Shown: positions 26,651-38,344 of the stretch, piece after piece | Numbering within the stretch: position 1 is the stretch's first letter | Layout of the letters: each line of letters opens with the position of its first letter | Source of the DNA: Hydrolagus affinis | Lineage: Eukaryota | DNA length: 64,000 nt | Reading direction: 5' to 3' | NCBI GenBank assembly: GCA_012026655.1 | Contig: JAAILG010001553.1 | Span: 1-64,000, forward strand | The notes under the pieces: generated by a model | The model's input: only the letters and a program-made list of their open reading frames with translations | Database searches by the model: none | Told to the model about the DNA's origin: nothing | Position numbers and translations under genes: made by a program

Positions 26651-27924
26651 TGTATTCATGCTTTAGCTTCCCAGGAGAGTTTCTCTCTCAGATCCTCTTT
26701 AAAGTTCAATGCCATTTGATATTTGTCATTTTGTAAAAAAACAAGAACCTTTTTTTTTGAATGGGTGATTCCTGGTGATGCCGTTGAAGGTAATAGTTTT
26801 TTAAACAGAGCAATGACCAAGGTGAAATGAACATGAGTAGAAACAGAAATTAAACCAAGACTATTGCAATAAACTTACTTCAACTGATATTGTCTTTATA
26901 GTATTTACACCTTTCAAGAAAACAAAAAAAATTAACACCACTCTCAAGTTAATTAAAATTTATTTTAATTGTTGGTTATTCATAGAAGATCACTGATGGT
27001 GAGATTCTCTTGTTAAACTGCCAGGTTTGACAACCTTCAGTGCTGTACCCCTGTGCAGCTTAGCTCGACCGATTGAAGGAACTTTGAATAAATAGCAACC
27101 CACCACACCGCAAGTTTGAACAACAACCATAAAATTCCATCTGTATAATGCCTTTCACTTCGAGAGGACGTCCCAAGGTCTAAACTTGTCAGAGGTTCTG
27201 AGAACTGTGTTTAACACAAGTCTGCCCTGTTAAGAAAGAAAGTTGTACACAGGAACTGAAAGCTGACCTTAAATTCTTTTAGGAGCTGAGCCTGGAGGGT
27301 GGACTAAATAAACTAGTATAACGGCTTTTATAACTCAGAAACAGCTGAAACAGCTGCATCAGTCACTGGGGGATCTGTCTTGGCTCGATGCTGACTAGTG
27401 GAGAGACCAGGGTTCCACCAATGATTCCTGACATGGTTTAAGCTTTTGTATTTGTTCCCAATGCAGCAGTTTATCTTTACTCAGTCCAGATGACTTGAAT
27501 TCTCTATGAGAAGTGAAAGAATTTAAAATTCTAGCTGTATATTTGAGCCTTGCACTGGAACAACAACAACAACAACAACAACATTACATTTGTAAAAATT
27601 TGTGCTTAAATAAAATTCCTCCACACAATGTGAATCCATAGTTCATTTCTGTCCGGTTACTTTTACAGGAGGAATACTGTACAATACTGTGTGAGACTCC
27701 TTCACTGCAATATATGTAAAATAGATGTACCTAGTGAAGCAAAAGGTTAATCATTGAAATCTGAAGTCATCCAAAATGTTTGTCAAGTAACTGATAATGA
27801 CCCAATTCCAATACGATGTAAAATAATAAATTAAAATCCCTGCATCTGATATAGCATCTTTCATGTCAGCAGGACATCTCTAAACTATAGTAACTGTGTA
27901 GTGTACCTAGTGTCTAGTCACCAA

Positions 27925-28108
27925 ACCTATGGAACTCTTTTCCTCAATCCCTCTGCGATGCTCCCTCTTTACCTACTGGTCATCAAATTCCATCTGAACA
28001 CTTTTCTTTTTGACTGTGGCTACTGTCAATTCCCTATCTTCCCCAGCTCGGTATCAAACTCCACCATCATTCACCACTGTGACACGCCGCTGCTCATAAA
28101 GTTGTTGT
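27925..28108 (+). mobile_element. Old L2 3' fragment
   Basis: ctatggaactcttttcctcaatccct...tcaaattccatctgaacacttttctttttgac, ending in ataaagttgttg. Confidence 0.55.
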
Positions 28109-29280
28109 ATTTTGTAGGAGAAAGTTTAGTAAAATAGAATAACTGTCTTTGGACCATTCAAGGATTTGTGAAAAAAAAAGTCTGTATGGTTTTCCACATG
28201 GAAAGGCACAAGCTGATTCATTGCAGTAAGGATCCCCCCTCCGGAGTGGGGGTCATTTGCAATATATTATGGAATGACTAAATAGAAAAGTGCACAGATT
28301 GCGAATGCACTCCATTAAGTTAGTGTATTTTTACTTTAAAAACTTCTCAATACAAATATGTTTAATACAATTTTGCGTTTACACATCCATTTTCCCACAG
28401 AAATTGTTGGAAAATTTATACCACATGATTTATTTATATTTGCTGATGTTTGGGAGCCTGTCATCTTTTACGTGTGAATCACCAAATGAATCAAACCCCT
28501 TGGGTTTCATAATTCAAACATTATGTAGTCAACTCTCCTCAGGCTCTGTACAAATAGTGACAACACTATTCCATATGAACAGCTGTTACTGTGCTTTAAA
28601 GCCTTATCAGAATTATGCGTTCAATGGTGTGTGATATACAAAGATTTCAATGATTAACCTTTTGCTTCACTAGGTAGCTAGTTGCCATCAAACAGAGACT
28701 GCTTTTGTAGCTTTTAAACAGCAGCTAAAATATGAAGGCGATGGATCATCATACAGTATTTGAATTTTTAAAATGTTGATGTATCATTTATCACATATGA
28801 AATTCTAACATTTAACTTTTAATTTTAGTTTTCTTCCCATTGTACCTGTTTTCATCTCAACTTTGTGAAAAATAATGATCTGACAAGGTGAGTGTCTAAT
28901 TTGGACAAGTTAAATTGCCAAGAATTTGTTGTAAAACTATTTAAAATAATTGAAATAGACTTACATCAACGGTACTTGCGAATCTCCCCCCCACTCTCCC
29001 CTAAGACCTATACAATGTAATTTACATTTATAGTAGTACCTTTCACATTGGGAGGACATCTCAAGGAAGAGCAGTTGAGAAGTACTAAAAATTTGCATAG
29101 ATGAAAAGAAGAACAGCAAAATTACATTTGTATAGTGTCTTTCATGTCGGGAGGACGTCCCAAGACGCTGGAGAAGAATAGAATAACAAGAGGATTATTA
29201 CTGAAACAGTTGATATATTTCTCTTTCAAAATAGCTCATCAGGTTACTATTGCTACATTATAATAATAACAACTCCTTAT

Positions 29281-29688
29281 TAGTAATAATTATCCTTGCA
29301 TTTGGTATAGTGCCTTATCAAGTTGTTCATAGAATATACTGTAAAGTGGAGTGACTGTGTATTTTGTGGGCAAAATGCAGCAGCCAATTGCACACAACAG
29401 TGTTCCACACCCAGTGGTGGATTGAGTGACCAAAATTTTGAGGGATTATTACACCAGAAAGTGATCTGCCAATTGTTTGACAACTGGGTTCCTCTTTACT
29501 GCTGCCACAACAACAACTTACATTTATAAAGCGCCCTCCACACTGGACAGCGCCTCAGAGCGCTTACTGCTAGGTAAACAGACATGTGAAATATGAAAAC
29601 TTGACTAAGGCTTTTCTCTGCCTGGTAATCAAACCCAGGTCCTTTTGCTTGTGTGGCGGACGCACTAACCACTAAAATATGGGACTCC
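29281..29688 (-). mobile_element. tRNA SINE, long form, interrupted by a 60-bp L2 tail insertion
   Basis: SINE consensus with an insert at 29504-29563 flanked by duplicated TTACTGCT. Confidence 0.85.
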
Positions 29689-30327
29689 ACACTACAAATT
29701 GTTATTCTCCCACCAAAGTTACACCGTAGTGTCAATTCTAGCGGGAAGAATACATATATTTATGGCATTTGTTTGGAGAGATGTTTTCTCTGTGACATAA
29801 CACTTTAAGGTGGCAGAGCTGATTCTGAACAGTCTTTGAGGCAAGGACTTTATCCCAGATTTTCTGAAAGGGAGTGGATATTGAAGTACAACAAATACAT
29901 GGGTCCAATGTTGAGATTTGCTTCAATAAGTGAACACACAAAAGAAACAACAACAATGTCCTCTCAGCCTGAAAAATGCTATCTAATTGCAATCTGTTGT
30001 TGTGCTGAAATATAATTTGTCAAACAGAAGACTTTAATTGAATCACATAAAATTCATTGTATGTTTCTAATACAAACATTGCCAACTTCTTCGCAGCTTC
30101 TATTATGGGACCTTTGGCAGCTTCTTAGGAACTTAACCCAGAATCATAAAGAAATTTCCAACCTGTTTTCTCCATAGAAACCAAGTCAGCAAAATTTAAA
30201 CGACATTGTATTAAATTAATTCTTGTGACATCAGGCACATTTTTTGCATCAAGGTCATCTATTTTGATATATGTTGTACCGCGCCCTTGTGAAACTTACA
30301 CCGACATGAAACAGAGTTCATCCACGT

Positions 30328-30337
30328 CCTAAAATAG
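30328..30337 (+). promoter_or_regulatory. Possible MEF2-like site upstream of the TMEM182-like ATG
   Basis: CCTAAAATAG about 80 nt before the ATG resembles the MEF2 motif; TMEM182 is a muscle-expressed gene. Motif match only. Confidence 0.25.
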
Positions 30338-30418
30338 CAATCTGATTCTGACAAACATTCATTGCAGACCCAGCTTCCAGCCAAACACTTTATCCCGGTT
30401 AGAAACTTTTGCTGGACC

Positions 30419-30586
30419 ATGAAAGTTAGTATTATTGCCTTTATAGCGGGGCTTATTGGAGCCATTGGGGTGCTTCTATTTCTGATAGCATTTGGGACAG
30501 ATTACTGGCTGCTAGCAACTGAGAACTGTGAAGCATATGATCATGGATCTGAAAGTAAAACGGTCAGGCCTATAGCTCCCACAAAG
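30419..30586 (+). CDS. tmem182: TMEM182-like exon 1 (ATG)
   Basis: gaccATGa Kozak context; [37 protein letters not shown]...PTK; donor AAG|gtgagt. Confidence 0.92.
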
Positions 30587-31457
30587 GTGAGTGCCCGTGT
30601 TTTGTCTGATTTGAACTAGTCAAATTGCCAAGCAGAACCGGAGAGTGTGTCATAACAAGGTATTACAATTCTGTCAGTAATACTGGAGGCGATTCTTGAT
30701 GTGATTTCTCTTTTCAAAACTGGCATATGTGTTGAAAGATGTGTGTATTAGAAACATAAGATGAACTTTTATGTGATTCTCTTAAACAGTACTGAAGTCT
30801 TCTGTTTGACAAATGATATTCAGCGCAGGTTAAGTGGGACCCAAATGATCAAATTCCTGTAGCTTTTGAAACTTTTATTGATTTAATTTTTATTGTTGAA
30901 ATGTTAGTACTGTATTTCGTTCATATCTGGCACAGAGAAAATCATAGAGAGCGGAGTAATTTGTTACGTATTCTAGTAAACATGCAGTGAGGTATTTTCT
31001 CAATCAGAGTTAAGCCTCTACCTTGTGAAGTGTTATTCAACAGCTCAACAATGCCAACCCAATAGCAGCCACAGAGAGATTTGGGTTAGTTTCAGCTTGA
31101 AGCATTGAACTGGAAATGGGAGGAGAGAGGGGTACAGACAGTTGGTCAGTGTGTGTGGGTATGTGTGTATGATTGTATACGTATGTGTGGAGGAAACAAA
31201 AAGTTTTCATTCGGCCACATGCATATCGTTAATATTTTCAGTTAATTTGCTCAAACATGTATCAAATAGAAGATACCAATGCACATTAATGAGGTGCATC
31301 CATTTCTGAAAGCTGTCAAGCTATTGGCAAGTTGTATATGAACTATGCGAGGAGGGTAATATTTAAACTTCAAATTGCCACTGGATATTGCCAGTGTGCG
31401 AGTGAACATATTGCCATATTTTTATTGTACCTGTATTTTTATTTGTCACCACAAATT

Positions 31458-31720
31458 GGGGGGCACTCGATAGTCCGAAGGTTCGACAGTCTGAAGGTTC
31501 GATAGTCCGAATGTTCGATAGTCTGAACACACAAATTTCCTATACCCGGTGTGTTTACCGTGGTTACCGCTCGAAAGTCTGAAAATAAGGTTTGTTAATC
31601 CGAACATTTCCATCCTTAGGTTAGGGTTAGGGTTAGGGTTAGGGGAAGCTTCGGACTAACGAACTTTTGGACTAATGAACCTTTCGGACTAACGAACCTT
31701 CGGACTATCGAGCTGTAACT
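31458..31720. mobile_element. Foldback/MITE-like element with 16-bp subterminal repeats and internal (TTAGGG)4
   Basis: Four copies of TCGATAGTCCGAAGGT on the left and four inverted copies on the right; TTAGGG x4 at 31621-31644. Confidence 0.7.
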
Positions 31721-33056
31721 GACAAATCAGTGCGAGTTGGACAGAAATTTTCTGCAGAATATATAGGGGCTTGGTTAGTGGGAACCATCACAATGGCTCC
31801 GATCACTTCATTTCCTTTCAAAGTTCTCAGCACTAGAACTTTGAATGGAGATGCTAGATAAGCAGCCTTGCGGCCTGCTGGTTTGTTTGAGTTCATACTA
31901 CACTATACTGCACAATAGTTCAAGCACTCTGGGACGCTACCTTGTGTGAGGGGCACTATATAAATGCAAATTGTTGTTGTTGCAGTTTTTAACTCAACTT
32001 ACAACTTTCTCTCAATTCTCTCTCTATCAGTACGACCACATTTGTACGGTTAAAGCTTATTCCATCGTACAGTGTCTTTGAAGCACCTCCTTTCCCATCT
32101 TCCCTACACCCTTCAACAATAACAACAACAGATTGCATTTATATAGCATTTTTCACGCTGAGAGGACATTGTTGTTGTTTCTCTGCGTGTTCACTTATTG
32201 AAGCAAATCTCAGCATTGGACTCGTGTATTTGTTGCACTGCGATATCTACTCCCTCTCAGAAAATCTGGGATAAAATCCTTGCCTCAAAGATGGTTCAGA
32301 ATCAACTATGTCACTTTAAAGTTTCCCTGATAAGTACTGGGATGACAGAATAGAATACTCGGATGAATCACCAGCAGAGAGATTATAATCACACTTTGGC
32401 AAACACATCTCTTCTGCACTGATAAGGAATGACAGTGGCAGTGTTTTATCAAAATCCTGACTGAAGGTGGTGATAGGAAGCCACAATATAAAAAGGCACG
32501 GATTATAATAGCTAAACGTTCCTGTTGTAAGATTTTTGAGTTGTGGTGTCATCACCAATGCACAGACAATGTATTCGTCATATCTGAGGATGGATGCATA
32601 AGCCCATGGGTTTATATAGAACAGAATAATAACTGGGAAGTATTAACCAGCAGAGGGTTGATTTTACAGATCATTTAGACAAAGTAGGAACAAGCTGGCA
32701 GCTTAGGTCATTGAACAACAGGGATCAAAGTTTCACTTTCCTCTTTGAGAAGGTTCAGTGTGTCATATACCCACTTTATCTGTCTGCATTTACTATGGAA
32801 CACACTCCGCACTGTACGTTGAAGAATCCAAGTGCTGAGAGATATGGATACAGGTTCAGTATTACAGCACTAATTCAATGTTAAACTCGTCAGGTCAACC
32901 AGACTATTCACACTCTGCCAGTCAGTGGTAGTAAATCCACTGGTGAAATTCAATTCAGTTCACAAAACTCAATTTGTTTCAATAAAAATCAATTTGCAGC
33001 TTATTTACTGAATTGAGTGCATTGCTTATAAGATACTGTATGTCATTTGTGTGCAG

Positions 33057-33171
33057 GTTTCTAGTGAAACACACAATAAATCTGACATCACCTTTCATCA
33101 TGAGGGATTCTTTCGGCGGTGCTCGTTCAATGAAGACATTTCCCATGACAGCATCTGGAACTTCTGGTTTA
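33057..33171 (+). CDS. tmem182: TMEM182-like exon 2
   Basis: gtgcag|GTT...A|gtaagt; VSSETHNKSDITFHHEGFFRRCSFNEDISHDSIWNFWF. Confidence 0.92.
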
Positions 33172-33794
33172 GTAAGTTATGTAACTACAATCATTTAACT
33201 TTCCCTCATTCATGTGTACCTTAGTCACACCACTTTACAATAATATTTGTTAAAGCGCTTTGAGACATCTTGATAATATGATAAGGTGCTATATCAAATG
33301 CAAGTGTTATTATATCCCACATCTGCTTAAGCCACTTTATGTCCCCAAAAGGTTTTGTCTGAAATCCTGGAATAGCAATGGTCAAGAATTATTCAGCTCT
33401 TAAATACCCTCACGGCAGAAAAAGGTCACCACAACAAACTACAGTGCAGCATACTGAGAGCCTAGTAATCACTGCTGGAGGTGGAATGTGGTGGAAGCAG
33501 TCAAGGAAGTAACATATTATCACACACATTTCAAGACATTATTGCAGAGACATATTCTATGCAAAAAAAAACTCTGTGGATCTTTGCAAGTAAAATGTGA
33601 AGGGACAGCTGCACCGCATTCAGGAAATTCCTATCCAGCCAATCCAAATCATTATTTAAAATATATAAAACCGCCTGCGGTACAGAGATCTCCCATTTTG
33701 TCTCACTGATTATGTCTTTCATAGTTTTATTACTGTGAAAATGTCGCTTTATGCAGTTAGAAACCTACAACCCACATTTCCATTAGGGGCCTTT

Positions 33795-33985
33795 ACAACA
33801 ACAACAACTGGCATTTACATGGCATCTTTAACATAGGGTAGTATCTCAGAATGGTTAACAGTAACAGAGCCTGACACTGAGCCAGTGAGAAGGGAAGGTG
33901 ATTGTAGGCATGGTCAAAGAGGAAGGTCTTCAGGTGTGATCTGAGGATTGGGCAAGGAGGGGACAAGATGGAGGGATTGAAAGGA
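33795..33985 (-). mobile_element. L2 3' fragment, partly duplicated in inverted orientation at 34409-34489
   Basis: (AAC)n tail and LRSHLKTFLFD-type coding remnant; 81/81 identity to the inverted copy. Confidence 0.85.
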
Positions 33986-34631
33986 ATTTAACCATGCTTT
34001 TTTCTGTTTATTTCGCTTTGGACACAGGTTCAGTCAACCCATTTAATGAGACATTATTAAAACACATGTTCTATTAAATGTTTCACCATTAATTCTTTCC
34101 AAGGCTTAAATAGCTGACTTTTATAAAAAAAACATTTTAATTCTTCCTCCTTAGTCCAAATTATTGGGCAAAATTATTATATACCATTGAAGTTGTTCAC
34201 TTTATTGCTGGTGGATTGCATTTACTAATGTTAATACAATGTATTCAAGGGCATCATTAGTTTTTGACAGGAACATGTACATGTATTTTATTTTTTTAAA
34301 ACATAAACTTTAAAGAAGCACAAATTTCTTATTTGCCTTTGCATTTTGTGTAATGATGACTTTACTTCGAAATGTAAATGAAATTTACCAAAAATATTCC
34401 ATTGTTCACCATCTTGTCCCCTCCTTGCCCAATCCTCAGATCACACCTGAAGACCTTCCTCTTTGACCATGCCTACAATCACCTTCCCTACCTCCAATTA
34501 TACAATTATACAATTAAAATGTTTGAATTGAATCAAGTACTGATTCAGTGGTATGTGTGCTATAGTTATAGCTTTACTTTGTTCTCTCCGAGAATTTGAC
34601 TAATTTGCTATTATCATTTTTTTTTGCGCAG

Positions 34632-34724
34632 CAAGCCAGGCCCCATCAAAGAACTGTGATCGTGGCTATCTCTTCCCTTTGCCGATTGCACTGGGGCCCC
34701 ATCCTTCCCACGACAACACGGCTG
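34632..34724 (+). CDS. tmem182: TMEM182-like exon 3
   Basis: gcgcag|CA...G|gtatgt; SQAPSKNCDRGYLFPLPIALGPHPSHDNTA (cf. human NQPPSKNCTHAYLSPYP). Confidence 0.92.
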
Positions 34725-34870
34725 GTATGTTTTGTGAACCATAATTAGTCTTCAACTCGGGTTGCAGTTTGATTCTGTACAATTATCTGAGATCTGCGTT
34801 CTCTTCGTTATGATAGCAACGCTTCTCACCAGACAGTTTGACACCTTTTGCATTCTTTCCAATTACACAG

Positions 34871-35008
34871 TGTACCGTGGCTTTTGGACAGCGTTCATAA
34901 TATTAGCTGTGACTGCTGCTGTTGTGGGAGGATTCCTGTTAGTTTGTGCAGTGCCATTTGTGAGCGCCAAGCTGTACAAAGTAGGAGGTGGATTTCTTCT
35001 GGCTGCTG
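34871..35008 (+). CDS. tmem182: TMEM182-like exon 4
   Basis: acacag|TG...G|gtaagt; VYRGFWTAFIILAVTAAVVGGFLLVCAVPFVSAKLYKVGGGFLLAA. Confidence 0.94.
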
Positions 35009-35640
35009 GTAAGTTGTTGATCATATACATAAGAACCAATACATATCAGGTCCGGTGTCTCCAATAGCTATTCGCATAAAATATAAGCTGTTGTAGAGCC
35101 ATACAAACCTAGAAGAGTCAAACCTTGGTCTGCGTTGCTAGTTAATCTCAACTGCAGTGTATTGGAAGAGTTTCTACTGACTTAATTAACCACTGCAAAC
35201 TGTTAAGGAATCTTTGAATATTGACCAACATGTCGAGTTCTACACTTTTCTCCAATAGGGTGAAAAAGTGTCAATCCAATGTAACGGGAGAAGCATTGTA
35301 TTACATTGCATCATAAATGAAAGATACTCCCTGATCTTAATAGCTTAACAACATTCTTGAAGCAGTATTGTAAAACCTGAGATTTGCTTTAATGTTATGA
35401 CTAGAATGCATATACAAGTGGAACCAGACAATAGCAGATGGAATTCAAGTTCAGAAAACTGAATTCTACTGCCCTGAAACACAATTAAAAGGTTATTTCA
35501 GGGGGAAATCTCAAATTTGGAAGAAATGTATGCATTTTTCAGTCTGCATAATTCTAGCGGAAAATTAGAAGTCTTTTTTAATCGAGGAGATTATAGTTTT
35601 CTCTCATTTCTATGTCCCTAATTCTGGTAATAGTATAAAC

Positions 35641-35920
35641 TAATAATAATCCTTGCATTTGATAAAGCACTTTTCAATTCTTGTAGATGTTTCAAAGTGC
35701 TTTAGAGAATATACTGTAAAGTGAATTACTATATAGTTATGGGCGAAACGCGGCAGCCAATTGCGCACAACAGTGCCCCACAACAGTCGTGGATTGAGTG
35801 ACCAAATTTTTTTTTGAGGGATTATTATCAGGCGTATGGAGTAATGAAACTTTCCCTGGAAATGAACCCAGGTCCCTCGCTTGGAAGGCGAGTGCTCTAA
35901 CCACTGAGCTACAGCACTCC
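35641..35920 (-). mobile_element. tRNA SINE (short form)
   Basis: Family consensus, A-box-like TAGCTCAGTGG on the minus strand. Confidence 0.88.
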
Positions 35921-38344
35921 ACAAAAATGCTGGCAATATCCATTACATTTCTGCCAAGAAAATATGTCAGCAGAGGGATACAAGAGAACACACCTTGAAT
36001 GGCAATTGTCACTGTAACATAATATATATTTTTTTAAATGACTTTGAATATTTGCATTCATTATTATTATTATTCATTTATGGAAATAAAGTTAATATCT
36101 GTCACGTCAATTTTATGTTCTCCCAGAATGAAAGAATTATAAATTCCTTTTTATAATGTTGTTTGGCTATTAATAGTTGCAGTAATCTCCTGATAACTTG
36201 ACCCTGACTTAACATGGTACTGCCACTTAACTCATCATACGGTCAATATCCCGGCTGCATGTATTTGGATATTTAAACATATGCCTAACTCACCACTCCT
36301 GATAACACTTCATGAGCTTCTTTTCTCTTGGAGGATGAGATATGGGGTGTTTTCTGCATCTGGCACAATTTTACAATTAATTAGATCAGTTTATTTACTT
36401 AACATTAGCATTCTGAGGCGTAAATTCGATGTGGTGGGTACCTTCCCTTAGTGGGTCTGGATGGCTTGGAGACCCACAAATTTACTCGACTGCAGCATTT
36501 ACTAGGAATTGGAAACCTCAGCTGGTTTAAAGATAACAGGCAAGTCTTTAAATAGCTAAATGTAATCCTGTAACATTCTGATGGCACTCTGTCAGCATTT
36601 GATGCAATGCATATAACGCAGTGCAAATAAATAACACCATGGCCATACCATATCGAAAGAAGAAAACATTGCCCTGGCTCGTCCCCGGGATCCGTTATTG
36701 TGAAACGCTCTGAGATGTCGTCCGGTGTGGAGGTCGCTATATAAATCAAAGTTGTTGTTGTTTTTGTTGCCCCCTGACTCTTAATAAGCAACATATTTGG
36801 TGTATAACTGGAGGAATGACAATTATTGATGCATATTTTAGTGGAGTGGATTATAGAGTTCTCCATTTTGTAATAATGTATGCCCCTGAAAGATCTGTCT
36901 TTAAGCGCTTCAAGAAGCAATCCTATCTGGAAGGCTCTATACAAGTGTAAGTTGTTATTGTTGTTTTCAGAAACCGAGAGAGAGAGAGAAGGGAAAGAAA
37001 GAAAGAAAGACTTCTGCTATTGTCAGAAACAAAATGCATCCTTTCTCATGTTCTAAGATGAATAACTCCAGAGTGATACAGTGTGAGGGAAGGTATGAAA
37101 ATGCACAACAGAGTAGCAAAGGAAAAATGGTGGTCATCTCTGCTCTACTGTTGCCTTTTCAATCACACCATATGTAATTGTGAAGCTTTTTCAAGCTGCT
37201 TCTCAAAATCTCTCTCTCTGGGACCTCAGAAGACATACATCAGCTCCAGTGTTCGATCTGAATTCTAGTAGTGAAAGCAAAGGTTACACAATAGTGGAGA
37301 TGACAGCTGAGTTGCTATGAATTTAATACACGAGAAACCGGGTTTAAGAGGACTCATTTCAACTTGAAAAAAGGATGTGTAATATAGAAGGAGGGAATTT
37401 TTTGGCATCTTTCATGTTAAATATGGAGATAGTGGCAACCATAATGGTTGTGACAGAATGAAACATAGTGATATCATACGCACACAGGCATTTAGTACTT
37501 ATAGGGAGTCGATTTTATAATCTTTCTAATATGTATATTTAAATTATGATTAATTAGCTGAATTCATCAATATGGAAATGTATTACCATGATAATGTATT
37601 AATCTTAATAATATAATAATTATACTGCCGTGTTTCATAAGGATACGGCTGCTGCGATTTGAATTATAGCAGAAAGGTTCAGTGTCTGATCCAATTTACA
37701 TATGCAAATTAATTAATTAATATATGCCATTAATATGTCCTCCCTTCTAGCAGATTTAAACATCCTCTCCCTATTTCACAAAGATAAGGCTTACAGATGT
37801 TAAGTGATCTGTTAAAATATGAAGAAGCTCGTGCCAACATTGATTAACTTATTTTCACCCTATTCCACAGACAAAGGTAGAAGAAAAGTCAATGAAAGTG
37901 AGAAAGAATAAATATACTGTCAGAAAGCAAAACACATAGAACAGAGAAGGGTGTAAAGATGTTGCAAAAGTGAAGGAAATATACTGTAGATCAGTAACCC
38001 TTTTTAAACCATATTTTTAGTAAGGGAAGAAAAAAATAATGATATAAGGAAAGTAAAGCTAACACAGAATGAAAAAAATGATGAAAGGAGTGTTAACCTT
38101 CCTTTTTGACTGTTCTTACAGTCACCAACCCCTCCCGTCCTCGGAGTCAGGCTCCGCCACTGTTACGCTCTGAGATGCTACCCTGCATGGAGGACGTAAT
38201 ATAAGTCTAAGTTGTTGTGATTTGTTTTTTAAAAGTGTTTTTTATGAGAGGCGTAATGTTACAGTGACTTTTGACATTTGAGTAGCTCTATTTGTCTTAT
38301 ATTCAGCCATAGAGCACTGTGCTTGGTCTCTCCTATATAAGTAT

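Larger units (their letters stand above)
29802..32322. repeat. Nested inverted duplications A/A' (29802-30003 / 32122-32322) and B/B' (30001-30079 / 30739-30827)
   Basis: Aligned by eye: A/A' about 90% identical over about 200 bp; B/B' shares tttgtcaaacagaagactt, gaatcacataaaa and tatgtttctaataca. Confidence 0.9.

Noticed and set aside
30362-30418. N-terminal extension of TMEM182-like from an upstream TTG
   Set aside because: Artifact of allowing alternative start codons; the ATG at 30419 has a good context and matches the family N-terminus.
31616-31645. Telomere or chromosome-fusion scar
   Set aside because: Only four perfect units, embedded in a foldback element, with no head-to-head CCCTAA array.
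31467-31712. Regular 16-bp repeats resembling a CRISPR array
   Set aside because: No unique spacers, inverted arrangement, and a eukaryotic intron context.
36405-36944. 179-aa minus-strand ORF
   Set aside because: Non-ATG start, runs through an L2 tail fragment, no recognisable motifs; likely a chance ORF in an intron.
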